Part shown: positions 46,272 to 49,978 of the stretch, in pieces | Numbering within the stretch: the stretch's first letter is position 1 | Layout: each line of letters opens with the position of its first letter | Source: Neoconidiobolus thromboides FSU 785 | Taxonomy: Eukaryota > Fungi > Entomophthoromycota | Assembly: GCA_025603075.1 (NCBI GenBank) | Contig: MU626402.1 | Coordinates: 1 to 49,978 of the forward strand | Length of the DNA stretch: 49,978 nucleotides | Direction: 5' to 3' | Translations under genes and position numbers: made by a program | The notes under the pieces: model-generated | The model's database searches: none | Seen by the model: the letters and a program-made list of their open reading frames with translations, nothing else | Told to the model about the DNA's origin: nothing

Positions 46272-47030
46272 ATGAGTTCTATTCAAAAACCTAAATTATT
46301 GATTGTATTTTATTCGACATTTATGAATGTATATAAGTTAGCCTTAGCAATCAAAGAAGGGGCTGAAAAAGTGAATGAAATAGATGTAGAAATTTATCAA
46401 GTAAAAGAAACATTAAGTGATAGTATATTAGCTAAAAAAGGGGCGCCAGAGAAGCCAGATATTCCCATAATAACACCGGAATTACTAAAAGAAGCCGATG
46501 GTATTTTATTTGGATTTCCAGCTTGCTTTGGACTATTACCAGCTCAACTAAAAGATTTTATTGATTCTTGTGGTTCTTTATGGGCTTCGGGTGCCATGCA
46601 GGGTAAACTAGCGGGCATCTTTAATTCAACGGAATTACAACATTCAGGTCAAGAAACTACAGCTTTTACTTTTATAACAATTTTAGCACATTTTGGTATG
46701 ATCTTTGTACCTAATGGGTATTCCTGTCTTGAAATTCATGAAGACAAAGAGATTTTAGGTGGTTCGCCATGGGGTGCTTCTGTTGTTGCGAGTAAAAAAA
46801 TAAGATCACCATCAAACAAAGAAAAAGCGATTGCTAGATGTCAAGGCGAAAATTTTGCTACTTATTTAGCTAAGTTTCATGGAGCTTTAGATCCTCATAA
46901 TGAGGCTAAATCAAACCTAGAAGGTAAAATTAAAATTCATAAATTAAAAGAAGCGGAGGATATCGATGTACCTATTTCGAAACCTAAAAGTATTAAGAAA
47001 ATCTTGAAACGTTTATCAATGCAAAGTTGA
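46272..47030 (+). CDS. WrbA-family flavodoxin-like protein, copy 3 (divergent FMN-binding motifs)
   Basis: IVFYSTFMNV, GFPACFG, QHSGQETT, GGSPWGA. Confidence 0.85.
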   Translation: MSSIQKPKLLIVFYSTFMNVYKLALAIKEGAEKVNEIDVEIYQVKETLSDSILAKKGAPEKPDIPIITPELLKEADGILFGFPACFGLLPAQLKDFIDSCGSLWASGAMQGKLAGIFNSTELQHSGQETTAFTFITILAHFGMIFVPNGYSCLEIHEDKEILGGSPWGASVVASKKIRSPSNKEKAIARCQGENFATYLAKFHGALDPHNEAKSNLEGKIKIHKLKEAEDIDVPISKPKSIKKILKRLSMQS

Positions 47031-47920
47031 TGATTATTTATTATATTGATAAAGCTATATTCTTATTATATATTGATTATTTTTTAAAGAGGGTTTTTAG
47101 TGACTTTTATTTTTATGACATTTATAATTCATAAAATAAACAAGTTATTTATAATTATATAGCAATAATTACAATAAATGATCATTCAATAACATAGCCA
47201 ATAACACAACCATGATTTTATTATAAATTCTAGTAGTTATTTTTCTATAGATTGAACTAAGATCCTTAATATTGAATGTTTATAAGATAACTAATCGAAT
47301 AACTTATAATTTACTTCAACCTTATTTTATTTCAGGCTGTTTATTATATGTATTTTATTAGTATTGGTATATTCTTAGCATTATAGATAAGCGGTGCTCA
47401 TAGCTTAAAGTAACATACATCTATTTTACTTAAGAAAATGGCCCATAAAATGTTAATCCTATTACCTTAAAAAGTAGTGATTTAATAATCATTAACAAGT
47501 GTTTTGAAAATAGAATGATACTGAGTATATGCTTTATACAGATTATTTAACAACATTATATAAAATATCATAGATATTTATATGACGTTATTTAATTATA
47601 AGTACTTGATATTAATCGAATTTATTTATGTATTATGATTTCATGTTTAGAATTCTAGAAACTTTGTAGTAAAATATTGAACATTTTTTGTGTGACGAGT
47701 AACTATTGATATCTGCTTTCAAATTTTATAATGATTTCGAATTTAATTAGTGATAAACTGGAAATAAAATTCTTAGGTTAGTCATCAAATCAAATTTGTT
47801 CAATAAAATTTATAATCAATTCCAATTAGAAAAATCAATTAAATTTAATAATTAGAAATTACAAAAATCTTGAATACTTTATGGTTTTGTTTTTTAAATG
47901 TTCATCTTTTTATTTTCAAT

Positions 47921-49561
47921 ATGCCAAATCGATTTACTTTCGTTAAAGAAAGTGGCAGAGATTTAAAAAAGAAACAAGATAAGGACAAGTTTACTATTGT
48001 TCATTTTGATGGCGATAAAGAAGTCAAAGAAGTTAGGGAAGCCAATAAGTATGACAACATGATCATAAAAGAGTATCAGACAAAGGATAACAATAAAGAA
48101 CACATAAGGAATAAAAACATAGTGAAGTCAATTCCGATACAAAGAAAGCTAAGGATGTTTACTTTTTTAAAAGATCCCATCACTAATTTCGCGTCAACCC
48201 ACATCAAACAATTAAATTTACCACCATCTTCATTATTGGAAAACTTAATGGCAATAGCTTTCTGTAATACAACCTATTTTTCCAAAGAAAGAGAGGGTAT
48301 ATTAAACTCCTTATTTGAAAAACTGAGGTCATTATTAAATAGAGAAAACAAGTTAATTAGTAATATCCGAATCAATAATTTGAATGACCAAACAAGTATG
48401 AATAATATTATATTACATAATTTCTTCCACAAAGGATCTTCTACGTTTAGTTTATTTAGTAGCACATCATTTGATTTGAATGAACAACCAGAAATATTAA
48501 AATGGTCTATATTAGCTTCTGGATTAGTATGGATGGAAAACGACTATCAAGTAAGTGAAGAAATCAAACGGATAGAAACCAACTTGGTCCAATTATTTAC
48601 TTCCTCGACAAATATTAAGCCAAGTTTACAAAATTTACAAGCCATTTTATTGATTGTAATTAATTTAACTAATTTTACAAATATTAATGCTCTAAGGACA
48701 ACTTTATTAAGTTTAGCTTCAAGGTTTGCTTCCATCCTTGGTCTACATTTAAACAACCCTAAATTTAGTGCCAAAATCCAATTTGAACGTCAACTAGCCT
48801 ATTCGAATTTAGCTTTTATTTTGGCCTTTATGGATTTAAATTGTGGTAGTCACTCTGCAGCAACGTTTCGATTAATGAATCCAAACACAAATAATTTTAA
48901 AATAGATATAAAACATCAAAAGAATGAAAAATGGGATATATATGATAAAGTTAGTTTATTATTTGCTAACTATCTTTCTGAAATGTCAGCCATTATGTTT
49001 TTATTAAGGATAGCAAAAGAGAATAGAAATTTAAAACACACAGAATCGAAACATTTTAGCAATTTAAATAAAGTCCAGCTACAGCTTACTAATTTATCTA
49101 AACAGATGATTGAAGACTTAAACATTTATTTAAATCAATTTAGTACCAACAATGATTTAAAACTTAGGATTGCTGCCCTTAAAAAAGTAATTAGTTTATT
49201 GCGGCATTACCTTTTATTCTTTATTTTATCAATCCAAGCTTCACCTTCAATATTAAGCGATAGTAACAATAATAATGCCTCGGCAAAACAGAGCCAAGAA
49301 AATCTATTATTACAATGTCAATTAACGATTGAATTCGCAATGCAATTACCATCCCATTACATGGTCTATTTCCCAATCCCAATTTTAACTCAATGTTTAT
49401 CCTACCTTATTCAAATAGCTGAAAAAAGTAAAGTGAATCAAGTATTTATTAAAAAAGGCCTTAAAAGGATTAAACAACTTAAAAAATTTCCTACTGTCTA
49501 CTGGGCCTCTTTAGCCCATTTAGCTGTGGTACAGTTGATTTCAGATGCTTCAAAAGGATAA
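47921..49561 (+). CDS. Fungal-specific transcription-factor-like protein lacking a recognisable Zn cluster, intronless
   Basis: LKWSILASGLVWME, IKPSLQNLQAILL, LGLHL..FERQLAY, FPIPILTQCLSYL align with the 33890 paralog; likely ATG 47921. Confidence 0.6.
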   Translation: MPNRFTFVKESGRDLKKKQDKDKFTIVHFDGDKEVKEVREANKYDNMIIKEYQTKDNNKEHIRNKNIVKSIPIQRKLRMFTFLKDPITNFASTHIKQLNLPPSSLLENLMAIAFCNTTYFSKEREGILNSLFEKLRSLLNRENKLISNIRINNLNDQTSMNNIILHNFFHKGSSTFSLFSSTSFDLNEQPEILKWSILASGLVWMENDYQVSEEIKRIETNLVQLFTSSTNIKPSLQNLQAILLIVINLTNFTNINALRTTLLSLASRFASILGLHLNNPKFSAKIQFERQLAYSNLAFILAFMDLNCGSHSAATFRLMNPNTNNFKIDIKHQKNEKWDIYDKVSLLFANYLSEMSAIMFLLRIAKENRNLKHTESKHFSNLNKVQLQLTNLSKQMIEDLNIYLNQFSTNNDLKLRIAALKKVISLLRHYLLFFILSIQASPSILSDSNNNNASAKQSQENLLLQCQLTIEFAMQLPSHYMVYFPIPILTQCLSYLIQIAEKSKVNQVFIKKGLKRIKQLKKFPTVYWASLAHLAVVQLISDASKG

Positions 49562-49755
49562 GGTATTGGTTGTTTGATGCTTCAATTCGCTTTCTGTAAT
49601 TGTAACCCCTTTTTATTTAACTAGTTTTTTTGTAAAATAATTAGTGTATTTCTATAATAATGAGTAAAATGAAACATTCAATAATAAACTTATTTTAAAT
49701 TTACAGGATTCTTTATTTTAAATTTGTAGTATTCTTTATTTCACATTTTTATATT

Positions 49756-49977
49756 TTAATAATCATATTTAGGGGAGTAATCATATTTTGGAGAATAATC
49801 ATAGGTTGGGTAAGGATTTTTGGTTTTGGTTTTTGTTCCATAGCAGTTTTTATCGCCATTGCAATAGGCTGGAGTAGATACAGACGGAGTTTCTACTGGA
49901 GTAGTAGCAGTAGTGTAAGTTACAGGAGTGGATATAGATGGAGTTTCTACTTGACTAGTTCCTGGAATAGTAACAGT
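49756..49977 (-). CDS. 3' end of a Thr/Pro/Ser-rich protein with Tyr-rich C-terminal repeats (runs off the window)
   Basis: Open 74-codon frame TVTIPGTSQVETPSISTPVTYTTATTPVETPSVSTPAYCNGDKNCYGTKTKTKNPYPTYDYSPKYDYSPKYDY-TAA. Confidence 0.7.
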   Translation of the reverse strand, partial: TVTIPGTSQVETPSISTPVTYTTATTPVETPSVSTPAYCNGDKNCYGTKTKTKNPYPTYDYSPKYDYSPKYDY

Positions 49978-49978
49978 T

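Noticed and set aside
10247-48774. Antisense or alternate-frame ORFs inside real genes (10247, 12224, 12648, 14172, 19380, 19770, 21324, 21456, 22227, 24803, 24927, 27198, 27244, 30163, 31220, 31547, 34609, 40934, 48274, 48547)
   Set aside because: Shadows of well-supported CDSs, with no recognisable motifs; the longer ones arise from repeat or charged-residue codon bias.
1-49978. Genome-wide stop-codon reassignment
   Set aside because: Well-supported genes end at TAA, TAG and TGA at the expected positions and have no in-frame stops once short introns are removed.
1-49978. tRNA, 5S rRNA or snRNA genes
   Set aside because: No T-loop/D-loop cloverleaf or recognisable snRNA 5' ends seen by eye; tRNAscan-SE and Infernal would be needed to exclude them fully.

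Overview
Very AT-rich, gene-dense eukaryotic DNA with short (about 45-51 nt) GT-AG introns and the standard genetic code. The gene content is fungal and looks like an early-diverging lineage; my inference, not provable from this window, is a Conidiobolus-like Entomophthoromycotina/zygomycete. Left to right: a repeat-rich, decayed 2.5 kb; a MIT-domain gene; a complete PLK4/SAK-type centriole kinase (kinase, cryptic polo box, PB3); SGS1/RecQ and CTF4 head-to-head around an MCB element; a pseudokinase fused to 29 Sel1 repeats ending in a CaaX box; a 13-finger TFIIIA; a USP-domain gene; UGO1 and HAS1 on a 140-bp divergent promoter; then a same-strand accessory block of three WrbA/flavodoxin quinone reductases and a P450, bracketed by two paralogous fungal-TF-like genes, with a bacterial-type CAP gene on the opposite strand; and the 3' end of a Thr/Pro-rich, Tyr-repeat protein. 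A ~105-bp MITE-like element with ~18-bp TIRs occurs about 16 times, often as inverted pairs. No tRNA, rRNA or CRISPR array was seen. Exon boundaries were read by eye and are approximate.
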